Counted from the whole stretch's first letter, positions 38,591 through 49,258 are shown. The stretch is DNA of 63,681 nucleotides, filler included, from an uncultured virus (IMG/VR IMGVR_UViG_2061766007_001711) (5 parts of one record of this genome joined end to end with filler, not necessarily neighbours in it); one strand, 5' to 3'. Notes: generated by a model not told the origin, from the letters alone. Numbers and translations are program-made.

Positions 38591-38980
38591 TCACTTTGCC
38601 TCCTTGTGAATCAGTTGCAAGAACTTTGCCCACGTAGGTTCTTCTGCAAGTGCGAGCCAACGCTTGTGCCACTTATCATAAAATCCTAGTTTAGTTGGAA
38701 CTTCAGCGAAATTATGAACGAGCCATTTTTCGTTGCATAACTTCGCCATCGCCAAGCACCGCTTGCGGTTGGAGTGACAGAGTTCATCGTAGTATACATT
38801 GACCTTTCCCCACGCAGAATCGGTTGCATTTTGGAGTTCGCCGATATGTTCTTCAAGTTCTTCAATCTTCTCGTCCTTCTCCGCAATCACCTTGTCGGCT
38901 TCGGACTTGAGGTAGACGTGGCTAAAGTGCAATTCTCCGTTTTCTTCCCATCTGATTCCAATTTCTTTTAGTTCGCTCAT
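38591..38980 (-). CDS. mosaic hypothetical protein, cassette family A
   Basis: All three constant blocks plus a coiled-coil insert shared with 48255-48812. Confidence 0.8.
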   Translation of the reverse strand: MSELKEIGIRWEENGELHFSHVYLKSEADKVIAEKDEKIEELEEHIGELQNATDSAWGKVNVYYDELCHSNRKRCLAMAKLCNEKWLVHNFAEVPTKLGFYDKWHKRWLALAEEPTWAKFLQLIHKEAK

Positions 38981-39045
38981 TTGGTCCTCCTATCCGTTGT
39001 ATTCCTCGGCTTCCTTCCTCGTCCTAAAGAAGTGGNNNNNNNNNN

Positions 39046-39198
39046 CCCGGTCTCGCCCTTTCGGAAAAGTCGCGAGGACAACGGCTCCAGGAATCGCTTC
39101 TCATAGTACGGTTTGATTTCGCGATACTCCTCTTTTTTCTCGCCCGACTTGATGAGGTCGAACCACTTTTTCTTGAGCGACAGCGTTAGCGTCTTCAT
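39046..39198 (-). CDS. ASCH-domain protein fragment (allele)
   Basis: MKTLTLSLKKKWFDLIKSGEKKEEYRE with a different middle segment. Confidence 0.75.
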
Positions 39199-39401
39199 TT
39201 TGCCTCCGTCAGTTTGCGCCCACACATCGGGCAATATTGGATTTTTATAAACTTCTGGCTTTTGCCAAGCTTTCCCCAAGTTGAAATAGAAAGATAATGG
39301 CCAAATTTATGTTTTACAATATGGATAAAACGAATTGAACCAGCCAAAAAGCAAACTTTGTTTTCGTATACAGGCTTTACGCCTTCGCAATATTCGCACA
39401 T
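39195..39401 (-). CDS. small zinc-ribbon protein
   Basis: MCEYCE...IQYCPMCGRKL. Confidence 0.75.
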   Translation of the reverse strand: MCEYCEGVKPVYENKVCFLAGSIRFIHIVKHKFGHYLSISTWGKLGKSQKFIKIQYCPMCGRKLTEAK

Positions 39402-39580
39402 AATAACCGCCNNNNNNNNNNNNNNNNNNNNNNNNNNNNNNNNNNNNNNNNNNNNNNNNNNNNNNNNNNNNNNNNNNNNNNNNNNNNNNNNNNNNNNNNN
39501 NNNNNNNNNNNNNNNNNNNNNNNNNNNNNNNNNNNNNNNNNNNNNNNNNNNNNNNNNNNNNNNNNNNNNNNNNNNNNNNN

Positions 39581-39732
39581 TCGTGTTCCTTGAGGAACCC
39601 GGCGTGGACTCCGCACTCATGCCCTCGGCAGATGACGTACGGCATGCCGTCGGTGTTCGTGGGCTTCGCCTGTGCTACGCTGTCCTTGCGGACGTAGGTG
39701 ACGCCGTTCAGTTCGATTTCTTCGTTTACCAT
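39581..39732 (-). CDS. conserved phage protein fragment
   Basis: IELNGVTYVRKD...YVICRG..CGVHAGFL motif. Confidence 0.6.
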
Positions 39733-39770
39733 CTTTGATCCTTTGCCCTACTGGGCGGTTAGTGGTTTGT

Positions 39771-40220
39771 TTAGTACATCCTTGTAAGCTTCGCCTCAGT
39801 TATTTGTTTAGGCTTGTCAAGCAACACACTCAAAATTTCATTTACCATTTGTTCGTAGTTTTCAAACGAATACGTGTTCTTCCACAGACCATAACCGATT
39901 CTGAACTTTTCCATTTGTTCATTGAGTTTATCCATTATCGGCTTGATGCAGGAAAAGTCTTTGCCAAACTCGGAAGGCCCATACTTGATTATTTTGCTGC
40001 CGTTTATTCCTGGGCCCAGTCCGTACCTTGGTATCTTTTCAGTTTCGACAATTTCTTTCGCAATGCAAGCAATTTGAACAAACGAGCAAATAAACCTACC
40101 TGTGAACGGGTCGCCATGCTGCAAAAGGTCATTCAGTTTTTCACGTCTTTTCGCAATGGCAATCTCGCTAGAGCTCATAATCTCCGGGTCTTTTCCGGGT
40201 ATTGTCGGCATACCTTCCAT
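39771..40220 (-). CDS. hypothetical protein
   Basis: Uses the AAGGAGG at the end of the upstream family A gene; AT-richer than its flanks. Confidence 0.65.
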   Translation of the reverse strand: MEGMPTIPGKDPEIMSSSEIAIAKRREKLNDLLQHGDPFTGRFICSFVQIACIAKEIVETEKIPRYGLGPGINGSKIIKYGPSEFGKDFSCIKPIMDKLNEQMEKFRIGYGLWKNTYSFENYEQMVNEILSVLLDKPKQITEAKLTRMY

Positions 40221-40471
40221 CAGTTTTCCTCCTTATGTATCAGTTGCAAGAACTTTGCCCACGTGGGTTCTTCGGCAAGTTCCAGCCAACGCTTACGCCA
40301 TTTACTATAAAAGTCTCCCTTCTTGCAAAAGTATTCAGCATCCTGGCCCGGTTCAAGATTCCAAAAGTCCTCGGTAACTTCGTATGTCCTCATCAATCTC
40401 AGTGATTCTCTGCACCACCTCGCCATAGCCAAGCACCGCTTGTACTTGTTATGGGCTATCACCTTGTCGGC
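40220..40471 (-). CDS. cassette family A protein (partial)
   Basis: ADKVIAHNKYKRCLAMA...EEPTWAKFLQLIHKEEN. Confidence 0.75.
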   Translation of the reverse strand, partial: ADKVIAHNKYKRCLAMARWCRESLRLMRTYEVTEDFWNLEPGQDAEYFCKKGDFYSKWRKRWLELAEEPTWAKFLQLIHKEEN

Positions 40472-40537
40472 NNNNNNNNNNCATGGGCGGCATCGCGCTC
40501 ATGATTTTCGGGGCGATTAAGTGGATTGGAGGATAGA

Positions 40538-40695
40538 ATGAAAAGACCAGAACCGATAGAGCTTGAAAACAACCTCGGCCCCGACGCCGTAACCGGGGAA
40601 ATCAACAGAGTCCCGTGGATGGCATACGACGTGGACGAGATGGGTGGCTGAAAGTAGAACGCAAGTGCCTCAAGAAAGCGGAGGAGTACAAATGA
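40538..40695 (+). pseudogene. internally deleted cassette family B gene
   Basis: N-terminus of the 41305 gene joined out of frame to the VERKCLKKAEEYK end. Confidence 0.55.
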
Positions 40696-40967
40696 GCGAA
40701 CTGAAAGCATATATAGGCCCTGCACCTGACGAGAAAGGGCTTGCGGATTACTACCTCAAGTCCGAAGCCGACAAGGTGATAGCCCATAACAAGTACAAGC
40801 GGTGCTTGGCTATGGCTAATTGGTGTTTTGATGAAGGAAAGGGAACTCCAACCGTCTACGAAGTGAGAACATTTTATTGGGGTCGGTGGGGCAATATATG
40901 GCTTGCACTTGCTGAAGAACCCACGTGGGCAAAGTTCTTGCAACTGATACGCAAGGAGGCGAAGTGA
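40692..40967 (+). CDS. cassette family A protein (minimal form)
   Basis: All three constant blocks with short unique inserts. Confidence 0.8.
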   Translation: MSELKAYIGPAPDEKGLADYYLKSEADKVIAHNKYKRCLAMANWCFDEGKGTPTVYEVRTFYWGRWGNIWLALAEEPTWAKFLQLIRKEAK

Positions 40968-41158
40968 TGGCAAACGCAAACGAATTTGTCATCACCGAGC
41001 ATAAGTGCGAAATGTGCAAATCCTACGGCCCCTCTGCCGAATGTACGATGAACATTGAAGGCAAGGTTATCGCACGATTTTGGCTCTGTATCGGATGCCA
41101 AAAGGAAATGCTAGAAACTTACAAGGATGTACTTAACAAACCACTAACCGCCCAGTAG
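40967..41158 (+). CDS. small zinc-finger-like protein
   Basis: CEMC and LCIGC; TGATG coupling. Confidence 0.65.
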   Translation: MANANEFVITEHKCEMCKSYGPSAECTMNIEGKVIARFWLCIGCQKEMLETYKDVLNKPLTAQ

Positions 41159-41304
41159 GGGAAAAATTAAGGAGAAAACGAATGAAAAAGATTAGAAAAC
41201 TTATCTACAACTATGTATTTAAACGAGTTATTGCATGGCAAGAAGGGCGTATTGAAGACCAAGAGCTGACGGATGCTCTCNNNNNNNNNNGATTGGAGGG
41301 TAAT

Positions 41305-41766
41305 ATGAACAGACCGGAACCGATAGAGCTTGAAAACAACCTCGGCCCCGACGCCGTAACCGGGGAAATCAACAGAGTCCCGTGGATGGCGTACGACGTG
41401 GACGAGATGGACATTTACATCGCCGAAAAGGATGCGGAAATCGCAGAACTCAAGAAAAAACTGATGCCGTGCCTAAATGGCGATTGCATCTTGACGTGCG
41501 AAGTCGTAGAGAAATACGGAAAAGAGAACGCGGAACTCAAGAAGAAACTAGAGGATGTGCAAGCATCGCACTACGCAGAGAGCGTGGATGCGGGTATGCG
41601 TGAACGCAAGCTGAAACGCGCGTTGTGGCTTACAAGGGCTTTTCGTGCAAGAGATATACAAAGATGGTGGATAGCGGTTACTTGTTCCAAGACAACGGAA
41701 CGAGCGTGTAGTGTTTGGAACAATGTAGAACGTAAGTGCAGGGCGAAGGCCGAGGAGTTCAAATAA
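41305..41766 (+). CDS. cassette family B protein
   Basis: Constant blocks shared with 374-1036. Confidence 0.75.
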   Translation: MNRPEPIELENNLGPDAVTGEINRVPWMAYDVDEMDIYIAEKDAEIAELKKKLMPCLNGDCILTCEVVEKYGKENAELKKKLEDVQASHYAESVDAGMRERKLKRALWLTRAFRARDIQRWWIAVTCSKTTERACSVWNNVERKCRAKAEEFK

Positions 41767-42343
41767 TGACACAGGAAGAACTTGACAAAATCGTAAAACA
41801 GCACCAGCACTGGCTCAAAGAGGACTGCGACGGCTGGGAAGATATGAAGGCCAACTTGCGCTGGGCCGACTTGAGCAGGGCCAACTTGAGCGGGGCCAAC
41901 TTGAGCGGGGCCGACTTGAGAGGGGCCAACTTGAGCAGGGCCAACTTGATAGGGGCCAACTTGAGAGGGGCCGACTTGAGCGGGGCCGACTTGAGAGGGG
42001 CCAACTTGAGCGAGGCCGACTTGAGCGAGGCCGACTTGAGCGGGGAAGAAAAATTCCGTCTTGGCAAGGTGCTGGATGAACCGCTCACCGGCTACAAGAA
42101 AACGAAGGAAGGAGTGGTTATCACGGCAGAGATTCCAACGGGAGCAATCGTGTTCTGCATCAACGGTAGCAAGTGCCGCACGAACAGGGCGAAGATTACC
42201 GACATGGATGGCCACGAAGTCTTGCACTCCAGCTACGACAATTCCTTCGAGTACCGTCTCGGGCAGGAAATCAACATCAAGGACTTCAATCTTATGTACA
42301 ACGTAGAATGTGCAAGCGGATTCCACTTCTTTAGGACGAGGAA
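41766..42343 (+). CDS. pentapeptide-repeat protein with DUF5758-like C-terminal domain
   Basis: About 13 A(N/D)LxG/R repeats, then GYKK...SKCRTNRAK...[12 protein letters not shown]. Confidence 0.9.
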
Positions 42344-42367
42344 NNNNNNNNNNAATCTTGCGTGTCA

Positions 42368-43561
42368 TCATGCCACCATCCTTATCTTGTGCAGTTCCGC
42401 CCACTTCTTCAGCGCGGTCTGCGCCTTCCTCGGCGCGTTGCAGTTTTCCTTCGCTTCGTCCCCGTAGAACTGGCCGAGCTTGAACTTGCGCCCCTTGCAT
42501 ATCAGCTCGGCGGTGGCGAGGCTCTCGCCTTTTTCCACCACGAAAACGAGCACGATTTCCTTCTTGATTACCTTGTCGATATAGTTGTTTGCAATCAGGC
42601 ATTGGTGAAGGGCCTTCGCCTGCTTCTCAATCTGTTGCACGTTGTCGGGGACGAACACCTCCACGCCACGGCCCTTGTAGGTCTTGCCCAAAAATCTTTT
42701 GATCGTCGCGATGTAGTCGGTCTGCTTCTTCTTCAGTTCCTCTGCTTTCTTCATCGCGCGGATGTTCTCCACCTCGCGCATGACCTTGTCGTGCGCCTTC
42801 TTCAAGTCCTTCGGGAAATGCCAGTAGGGGTCTTTCAAATCGTGGCCCGCTTCCTTCGCCATTTCCTTGTAATCGCGGTACATGGAGCGGGAGCGGTTGT
42901 CAAGCCATTTCCACTCCTTGTAGGTCAGATAGCCCGACCATCTATCCCTATTGTCAAGTTTCCACATGTTCAGTTCAGGAATCCCGATATTCTCGCGGAG
43001 CATTACGCGGATGTCGTTCAGGTTCACTTCCTTGCCTTCCTCCGGGTGTTCGCGGAGCCATCCGAGGATTTGCTTCTTGTCCTTCGCGGTGTAGGTCTTG
43101 GAATTGAGCGCGAGGGCGTAGAAGTCACCCGCGACAAGGGCTTCCACCTGCGAGGGGTACTTCTTCCAGAGAGGGAGTAATTTAAAGAGGTCGTTCGTGT
43201 TGATGCGCTTGTCGGCCTTCTTGAGCACCCACTTAAAGTCGGGATAGAGCTTGCAAATCACGCGCTCGTCGGCCTTCTCTACGAGGTGGTAGGAAATACC
43301 CTCGCACTTGCCGCCGATTCGCGTCCACGGGTCGAGCGTGGCGGTGTACTGTGTGCCGTAGTATCTTTCGTGATACTTTCGTCCAGGTACGGCCATTACC
43401 CAACCCGCGATAGGTACACAGTCGATGTTTCGGACATACACGCGCCCGTCCTCGTAAATCTTGGCGACATCCATGGCGAACTTGCCGACCTTACCCGTGA
43501 CAACGCGGACGAGTAGTCCATCTTCAATCGTGAGGGCTTCTTCACTTTCGAACCTAGTCAT
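42368..43561 (-). CDS. PcfJ-like domain protein
   Basis: YRDYKEMA...FPKDLKKAHD...ALHQCL...ATAEL...QFYG C-terminal pattern. Confidence 0.8.
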   Translation of the reverse strand: MTRFESEEALTIEDGLLVRVVTGKVGKFAMDVAKIYEDGRVYVRNIDCVPIAGWVMAVPGRKYHERYYGTQYTATLDPWTRIGGKCEGISYHLVEKADERVICKLYPDFKWVLKKADKRINTNDLFKLLPLWKKYPSQVEALVAGDFYALALNSKTYTAKDKKQILGWLREHPEEGKEVNLNDIRVMLRENIGIPELNMWKLDNRDRWSGYLTYKEWKWLDNRSRSMYRDYKEMAKEAGHDLKDPYWHFPKDLKKAHDKVMREVENIRAMKKAEELKKKQTDYIATIKRFLGKTYKGRGVEVFVPDNVQQIEKQAKALHQCLIANNYIDKVIKKEIVLVFVVEKGESLATAELICKGRKFKLGQFYGDEAKENCNAPRKAQTALKKWAELHKIRMVA

Positions 43562-43968
43562 TACACCTCCCCCGCGAAAAGCGCCCCGAACATGTCTATC
43601 TGTCCGTTTACGGGTTCCACCTTCTTCGGCTCGACCTTGACGTGTTCGGGCCTGGGTTCTTCGGCCTTCTTCACGACTTCGACCTTCTCGGCCTTCTTGG
43701 ATTTCTTCGCCTTCTTGCCCTGCGGTTCTTCCTTCCAGAGCTCATCGTTGAAATAGTCCCGGCAAATCTTGAAGCATACCTCGTCGGGGACTTCGCCGTT
43801 CTTCCCGTCGAGGATTTTACGAGCCACGTCCACGAGGTGCTTCACGCAGTCCTTCAGCTTCTTCGGGTCGTACTTTTCGCAGTTGGCCTTCAGGTGCGCG
43901 TCTATGCGTTCCTCCATCGTTCCCTGCTTCGCCATCGCCTTGTATTGTTTCAGGAGTTCGTCTTTCAT
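43561..43968 (-). CDS. PcfK-like protein
   Basis: KKLKDC...VPDEVCFKICRDYF, Lys-rich tail ending QIDMF; coupled upstream of the PcfJ-like gene. Confidence 0.7.
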   Translation of the reverse strand: MKDELLKQYKAMAKQGTMEERIDAHLKANCEKYDPKKLKDCVKHLVDVARKILDGKNGEVPDEVCFKICRDYFNDELWKEEPQGKKAKKSKKAEKVEVVKKAEEPRPEHVKVEPKKVEPVNGQIDMFGALFAGEV

Positions 43969-44015
43969 CAGTTCGCCTCCAGGTAGTATTCCGCGTAGTT
44001 CTTGCNNNNNNNNNN

Positions 44016-44642
44016 CACGTCCGCGAGCATTATGCCCCTGTCCTCCGGCTGCGGGATGTCCGGCACCGTCCACCCAAAAAGACCCTCGGTTTTCGTCTTG
44101 ATGTTCGTCCAATAGATGCGCCTGCGGTTCTGCGCGGACACGAGGGCCGAGTTGATATGCACGCCTGGGATGCCGATGGCATTCGTCAGCACGGACTCCC
44201 ACTTTTCTCCCATCTCCACGTTTTCGAGGAAAAAGAACACATTGGGGTTGGTCTCGCGCACCTCGCCGAGAATGCGCATATATTCCCAGAAGAGGAAGGA
44301 CTCGCCGTCGAACTCGAAGCCTTGCCTTTTCAGTTCGAGGTAACGGTCGAGCGTGTATATTTCCTCGTTCGTGGTGGTGTTCATGCCGTTTCTGCGACCG
44401 GCAAAACTGAAATTTGTGCACGGCGAGCCCCCGATGAGCAGGTCGATGTGTCCGAGTTTACGCGCGTCCACCTCGGTCACGCTGCCGAGCTGGACGGTGT
44501 CGGGAAAGTTCAGCATCGTCTGCTTAATGGCGTGCTTGTCGATTTCGGATGCGTAGTATTTGTCCACCTTGATTCCGAGTTCCTTGAGCGCGATCTGTCC
44601 GCAGCTCATGCCGTCGAAAAGTGAAAGAACGGTAATTCCCAT
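44016..44642 (-). CDS. C5 cytosine methyltransferase, N-terminal core
   Basis: VLSLFDGMSCG (I), SEID (II), LLIGGSPCTNFS (IV), FFLENV (VI), QNRRRIY (VIII). Confidence 0.92.
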
Positions 44643-44968
44643 CTTACTCCTCCTACATCCACGTNNNNNNNNNNGGTCAAGGCTCGTCGCAAAACTCGTA
44701 TTTACCTCCGCCCCGTTCGCGTATGTCACTTTCTCGTTGCAAATCACGTAGCACGCGTCGTACTTCTTGAAAAGGNNNNNNNNNNCAATATGGTCGGGAA
44801 TAGCTTCTCCATCAGTTCGCCTCCAAATAGTATTCCGCGTAGTTCTTGCGGTTCCGCGATACGATGCGCGTCTTGACCTTGTACCCCATCTTGCGGAGGT
44901 CGGCTATCCGCGCGCTCAAGCGGAAGCAACCGAAGCGGCGGAGCGCCCCCATCGGCGTNNNNNNNNNN

Positions 44969-45230
44969 GTGCTCCGAATACTGGATTACAAGATTCCAAA
45001 AGTTATGCTCATGCTTTGAATATTTCCACGCCGCACCGCATAACAATGTCATGCGGTCATGTAGCGGACTGAATGTTGACCGCCTCGTCTTTACACTCGG
45101 ATACCCGAAGGCAGGCGACACCGAACGCATGCTAACGTTCAAGAATCCGAAAATCCGCATCGGAACGGGGCGCACAGAATGGGGTGCGGAGCCGGGCAAG
45201 ATGTATTTCGTGATTACGTGGGAGGAATGA
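44969..45230 (+). CDS. ASCH-domain protein, C-terminal fragment (allele)
   Basis: RLVFTLGYPKAGDTERMLTFKNPKIRIGTGRTEWGAEPGKMYFVITW. Confidence 0.7.
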
Positions 45231-45736
45231 TGAAAAAGCGCAAGGTCAAAAGGACTACTCCACTGAAGGGGCCAAAATTCGGCCCGATGATGGGGAGAGG
45301 ATGCGGGCTTCACGTTCTGCCGTTTACGCTTAACGACGAAATGGACGACGTGTCGGAATGTGCTAAAGAAGCCGCAAAGAAACTCATGGAGGAAAAGTGA
45401 ACATTTACCAGATGGCACGGCTACGCATGGCGGATGTAGACTTCATCGCGACAAGGAGCCACGCCGCAGGAGCTCTCCCGAGCCGTCCGTCGTGAAGCGC
45501 AGGGCTCCGGCCATCACCCTCGAGCACTGCTGCATCTGCAANNNNNNNNNNATGGTATGTTTGCTTGACATTTGTCACAGTATATCATCATGTCTCCTCT
45601 ACCCAGTGGTCGCATATACCGAGTGTATCGGTATCTGATGTTTGATATGTCGGAACTTCAATAAGGTTTAGATCGATCAAACGTTTGTATTCTTCCGGCG
45701 TGCATGTGACTAGCCTTCCGTGCAATTGAATTTCCA

Positions 45737-46003
45737 TTATTCAAATACCCTCCATTTTTCATATGGAACCCAACGGCCGTCTATGTTCACTTGGCATCCG
45801 GCAAAGAAGTCCCAGGTGCATTCGTATCCAGACGGAGCAACTTTCTGTTCACATTGAAACGACGGCCACCAAATCATACAACCGTAAACTAGTCCTAGCA
45901 CTACGATAATCATAAACATGTACAGAAATACTTCGGTATTTCCGGTGACCAAGAGTACTATTGCGGCAACAATTATCGCTATGATTATAACACCTATTAA
46001 CAT
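45737..46003 (-). CDS. two-TM membrane protein (allele at 46384-46650, +)
   Basis: Two hydrophobic helices plus a Cys-containing tail; both alleles keep the frame. Confidence 0.75.
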   Translation of the reverse strand: MLIGVIIIAIIVAAIVLLVTGNTEVFLYMFMIIVVLGLVYGCMIWWPSFQCEQKVAPSGYECTWDFFAGCQVNIDGRWVPYEKWRVFE

Positions 46004-46383
46004 TGGTTACCTCCCAAACATGTTTTCATCATGAAGCATGCGACTCTCGCGTGCTTCTGTTTCTTCAGGACTCTCGGTAAGTAAGTCCCATATCATTGTA
46101 ACTAATTCCCATGCCAGTATGAATGGGAAGGCTATTAATTTACCGATGTTTATAAATAAGTACTTGATGCGTTTCATTTTGTCTCCTTGTAAAATGGATT
46201 CTTAACATTCATTNNNNNNNNNNATACTTATTTATAAACATCGGTAAGCTAATAGCCTTCCCATTCGTGCTGGTATGGGAATTAGTTACAACGATATGGG
46301 ACTTACTTACCGAAAGTCCTGAAGAAACAGAAGCACGTGAAAGCCGCATGCTTCATGATGAAAATATGTTTGGAAGGTAATTA

Positions 46384-46650
46384 ATGTTAATAGGTGTTAT
46401 AATCATAGCGATACTTGTTGCCGCGATGGTACTCTTGGTCACCGGACATACCGAAGTATTTCTGTACATGTTCATGGTTATAGTGGTGCTAGGATTAGTA
46501 TACGGTTCTATGATTTGGTGGCCGTCGTTTGAATGTGAACAGAAAGTTGCTCCGTCTGGATACGAATGCACCTGGGACTTCTTTGCCGGATGCCAAGTGA
46601 ACATAGACGGCCGTTGGGTTCCTTACGAAAAGTGGAGGGTATTTGAATGA
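46384..46650 (+). CDS. two-TM membrane protein (allele)
   Basis: Near-identical to 45737-46003. Confidence 0.75.
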   Translation: MLIGVIIIAILVAAMVLLVTGHTEVFLYMFMVIVVLGLVYGSMIWWPSFECEQKVAPSGYECTWDFFAGCQVNIDGRWVPYEKWRVFE

Positions 46651-47063
46651 GCAATGAATTGAAGGCATACAGATTTGTGCTTGCAACAGAAAACACCAAC
46701 TTGGGTGGTGCAGTCTATAATTCGAACTATGTTTATGCGCAGGACGATGTAGACAAAGTGCTTGCCGAGAAGGACGCGCAAATTCGAGACTTAATGAAAC
46801 GGGTTCTAAAAGAACGTGCAGCCAAGGTGGACTACAAAATATCGGCCAACGACCTAAATGACGGGCTCAAGAAAGCGTACGAGGAAATTGATCACCAAAA
46901 GCACAAGCGGTGCTTGGCGATGGCGCAATGGTGTATGGATGCTGAATGTAAAACTGAAAAGGATGCCGACTTTCTTGTCAGGTGGGAGTACCGTTGGCTC
47001 GCACTTGCCGAGGAACCTACGTGGAAAAGGTTCTTGCAACTGATACACAAGGAGAGACAATAA
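46647..47063 (+). CDS. cassette family A protein
   Basis: VDKVLAEKD...KHKRCLAMA...LAEEPTWKRFLQLIHKE; absent at the same position in the 45737 allele. Confidence 0.8.
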   Translation: MSNELKAYRFVLATENTNLGGAVYNSNYVYAQDDVDKVLAEKDAQIRDLMKRVLKERAAKVDYKISANDLNDGLKKAYEEIDHQKHKRCLAMAQWCMDAECKTEKDADFLVRWEYRWLALAEEPTWKRFLQLIHKERQ

Positions 47064-47227
47064 TGGAAATTCAATTGCACGGAAGGCTAGTCACATGCAC
47101 GCCGGAAGNNNNNNNNNNGGCATATAGCACGTATCACAAATTCTGTGGTAATATGGCCCTTTGTTACCATCTGTATCGAAAGCGACATACTCTGCGCCAC
47201 AATTATCACATTTGACAATTTCATGTG

Positions 47228-47431
47228 TCACTTATCCTCCTCATCAAAACGTGTTGTATGTTCCCATCTGCTACAGGCTTTTCCGTAGTAGTCATGCAAC
47301 GGGCCTGGTATTCCATCCAACTTGCACCAGCACTTGTGTATTGGCCCATCACCTGTATATGTTGTAGTCGTAGGCCCACAATGCTTGCAATACTCGCATC
47401 GGTTGTAATATTGGTCGTTCCAATCTATCAT
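47228..47431 (-). CDS. small Cys-rich protein
   Basis: CEYCKHC...CWC...CSRW. Confidence 0.6.
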   Translation of the reverse strand: MIDWNDQYYNRCEYCKHCGPTTTTYTGDGPIHKCWCKLDGIPGPLHDYYGKACSRWEHTTRFDEEDK

Positions 47432-48186
47432 TACTTCGTCTCCTTGCACTTATTGTAAGAATCAAGTCTATCTAGATATTCGTTACGTTCTATTTGAACC
47501 ATTTTCCCATTTTCGTTTTCTTTGTAAAACTTGTCGATCGGTATTACCTTTCCATCTGGACATTCGATTCTCAATACAGCGACGGTGTCAAAACATCCAG
47601 GCTTTGCATTTACATGATCGAATGTACGGTCGTATACTTTGTACGGCTTTGTGGACGGCATATACGGAAACTTAATAGGGAATAGCTTGTCAACCTCGTT
47701 TGATGATAGTCCTAAATGGTGGCCGTATTTTTCTTCATCGTCAATGCAGATTGCGTAGTCATTGTCAGTGTATTTAACGTTTCCGTCTTTATCTACATGC
47801 TTAAACACCGCAGAGCATCTGTTGTTTTGGAAAATCTTTTCGCCATCACAAGTTGCCCAGCCACATTCAATCCATTCGTCATCGGAATCCGTCAGAGGAG
47901 TGAGCGGCCTATGGTTCATAAGACGAATAAGTGCATTTTTAGTGAAGCCCCAAGAGCATCCTGAGTGCCCGTCTTTTAACATAGACTTGAAAGCTCGCAA
48001 AGCAGATGCGTAAATTTCTCCGCCATATGAAAAATCCTTTGGATTATATTTGCGGCCGTGTTCTTCAGCATCTTTTCGATCTGCCTCATGTTCACGCTTA
48101 ATGGCTATGGCTATCTCGCGTTCAGCCCAAAATTCCATGACTGACTTCTTTCTAAAGAATCTCTTAAAGAATTTCATTGTGTTCAT
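47431..48186 (-). CDS. conserved phage hypothetical protein
   Basis: WAEREI...SALRAF...GHSGCSW...RPLTPL...FQNNRCSAVFK pattern common in gut/rumen phages. Confidence 0.75.
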   Translation of the reverse strand: MNTMKFFKRFFRKKSVMEFWAEREIAIAIKREHEADRKDAEEHGRKYNPKDFSYGGEIYASALRAFKSMLKDGHSGCSWGFTKNALIRLMNHRPLTPLTDSDDEWIECGWATCDGEKIFQNNRCSAVFKHVDKDGNVKYTDNDYAICIDDEEKYGHHLGLSSNEVDKLFPIKFPYMPSTKPYKVYDRTFDHVNAKPGCFDTVAVLRIECPDGKVIPIDKFYKENENGKMVQIERNEYLDRLDSYNKCKETK

Positions 48187-48254
48187 CCCTTTGTCTGTAT
48201 GACGGTTGTATTATTGGGTTTAAGTTCATCGGCGAGTCTTTGCCTCCTTATGTA

Positions 48255-48812
48255 TCAGTTGCAAGAACTTTGCCCACGTAGGTTCTCGGCAAGTGCGAGC
48301 CATTTGCGTTTCCATTTTCCATACCATAAAGCCCTTTTCCAGCACCACGAATCTTTGAAAAAAGTCCCATTTTTTTGTGCCGTTTCAAGCATCATGCAAT
48401 CCATAGTATAGCACAGCTTCGCCATCGCCAAGCACCGCTTGTACTTGTGGTGGCGGAGTTCATCGTAGTATACATTGACCTTGCTCCACGCATAATCGGT
48501 TGCCTTTTGGAGTTCGTCGATATGTTCTTCAAGTTCTTCAATCTTCTCGTCCTCGATGCGGTCAAATGCCTCGCGCACGGCGATGGCGTTTTTGAACCCT
48601 CGCTTTGCGAACCCGCAGCCTTCCCAGAAGAAGTCGTGCATCAGGCACTCGTCCTTCAGTTTGGCAATCTCCTTGTCCTTTTCGGCAATAACCGCATCGG
48701 CTTCGGACTTGAAGTATACTTTAGCATAGCCAGCCTTTATAGCAGATGCCTTTTGTTTGTCCGGTGCATCCAAGTACGGGATGTACACCCAGTTCCATTT
48801 AAGTTCGTCCAT
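48255..48812 (-). CDS. cassette family A protein (longest form; 1-nt deletion near 3' end)
   Basis: YFKSEADAVIA, KYKRCLAMA; the EPTWAKFLQLIHK block is present in the DNA but out of frame. Confidence 0.75.
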   Translation of the reverse strand: MDELKWNWVYIPYLDAPDKQKASAIKAGYAKVYFKSEADAVIAEKDKEIAKLKDECLMHDFFWEGCGFAKRGFKNAIAVREAFDRIEDEKIEELEEHIDELQKATDYAWSKVNVYYDELRHHKYKRCLAMAKLCYTMDCMMLETAQKNGTFFKDSWCWKRALWYGKWKRKWLALAENLRGQSSCN

Positions 48813-49258
48813 TCAATATCTCCTTGTTATTCCATTTACAGTTATAACCTGGATAGCAGCGGTCATAACGAACGCATGACCAACAATATTCAGGCAATGA
48901 TGCTCGCCAACGATTATACAGCGTAGCCACACTGGCCGCAGACTTAGATCTAGACTTGTGCCGCTGATATTCGTTGATAGCATAGATATTATCTAAAGGT
49001 CTCACGTGTTCTTCGAGGTCTACCTTGCCACTCATTAACAATCTCCCGGTCAAATATCCGACGACACTTAAATCCTTTACAACATTCTTTGCGATGTTGG
49101 CATAATGTGCATGGACTTGTTATCACCAGTGCCTCCAAATATTTACAAGGTTAAGAATACATAATGCGATGTTGCCGATAGCTCCGATCATAGTCCAATT
49201 CACGGTAGTTTGTCCTTCATNNNNNNNNNNCAGTCCTAAATGGTGGCCGTATTTTTCT

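Noticed and set aside
41850..42045. 15-bp periodic DNA repeat as a regulatory array
   Set aside because: Fully explained by the pentapeptide-repeat coding sequence.
36947..47108. Strand switches suggesting an invertible (shufflon-like) region
   Set aside because: The switches I checked coincide with N joins, and no recombinase gene or inverted recombination sites are visible.
48255..48300. Programmed frameshift at the end of the longest family A gene
   Set aside because: A single 1-nt deletion relative to six intact copies; simple mutation or error is more likely.
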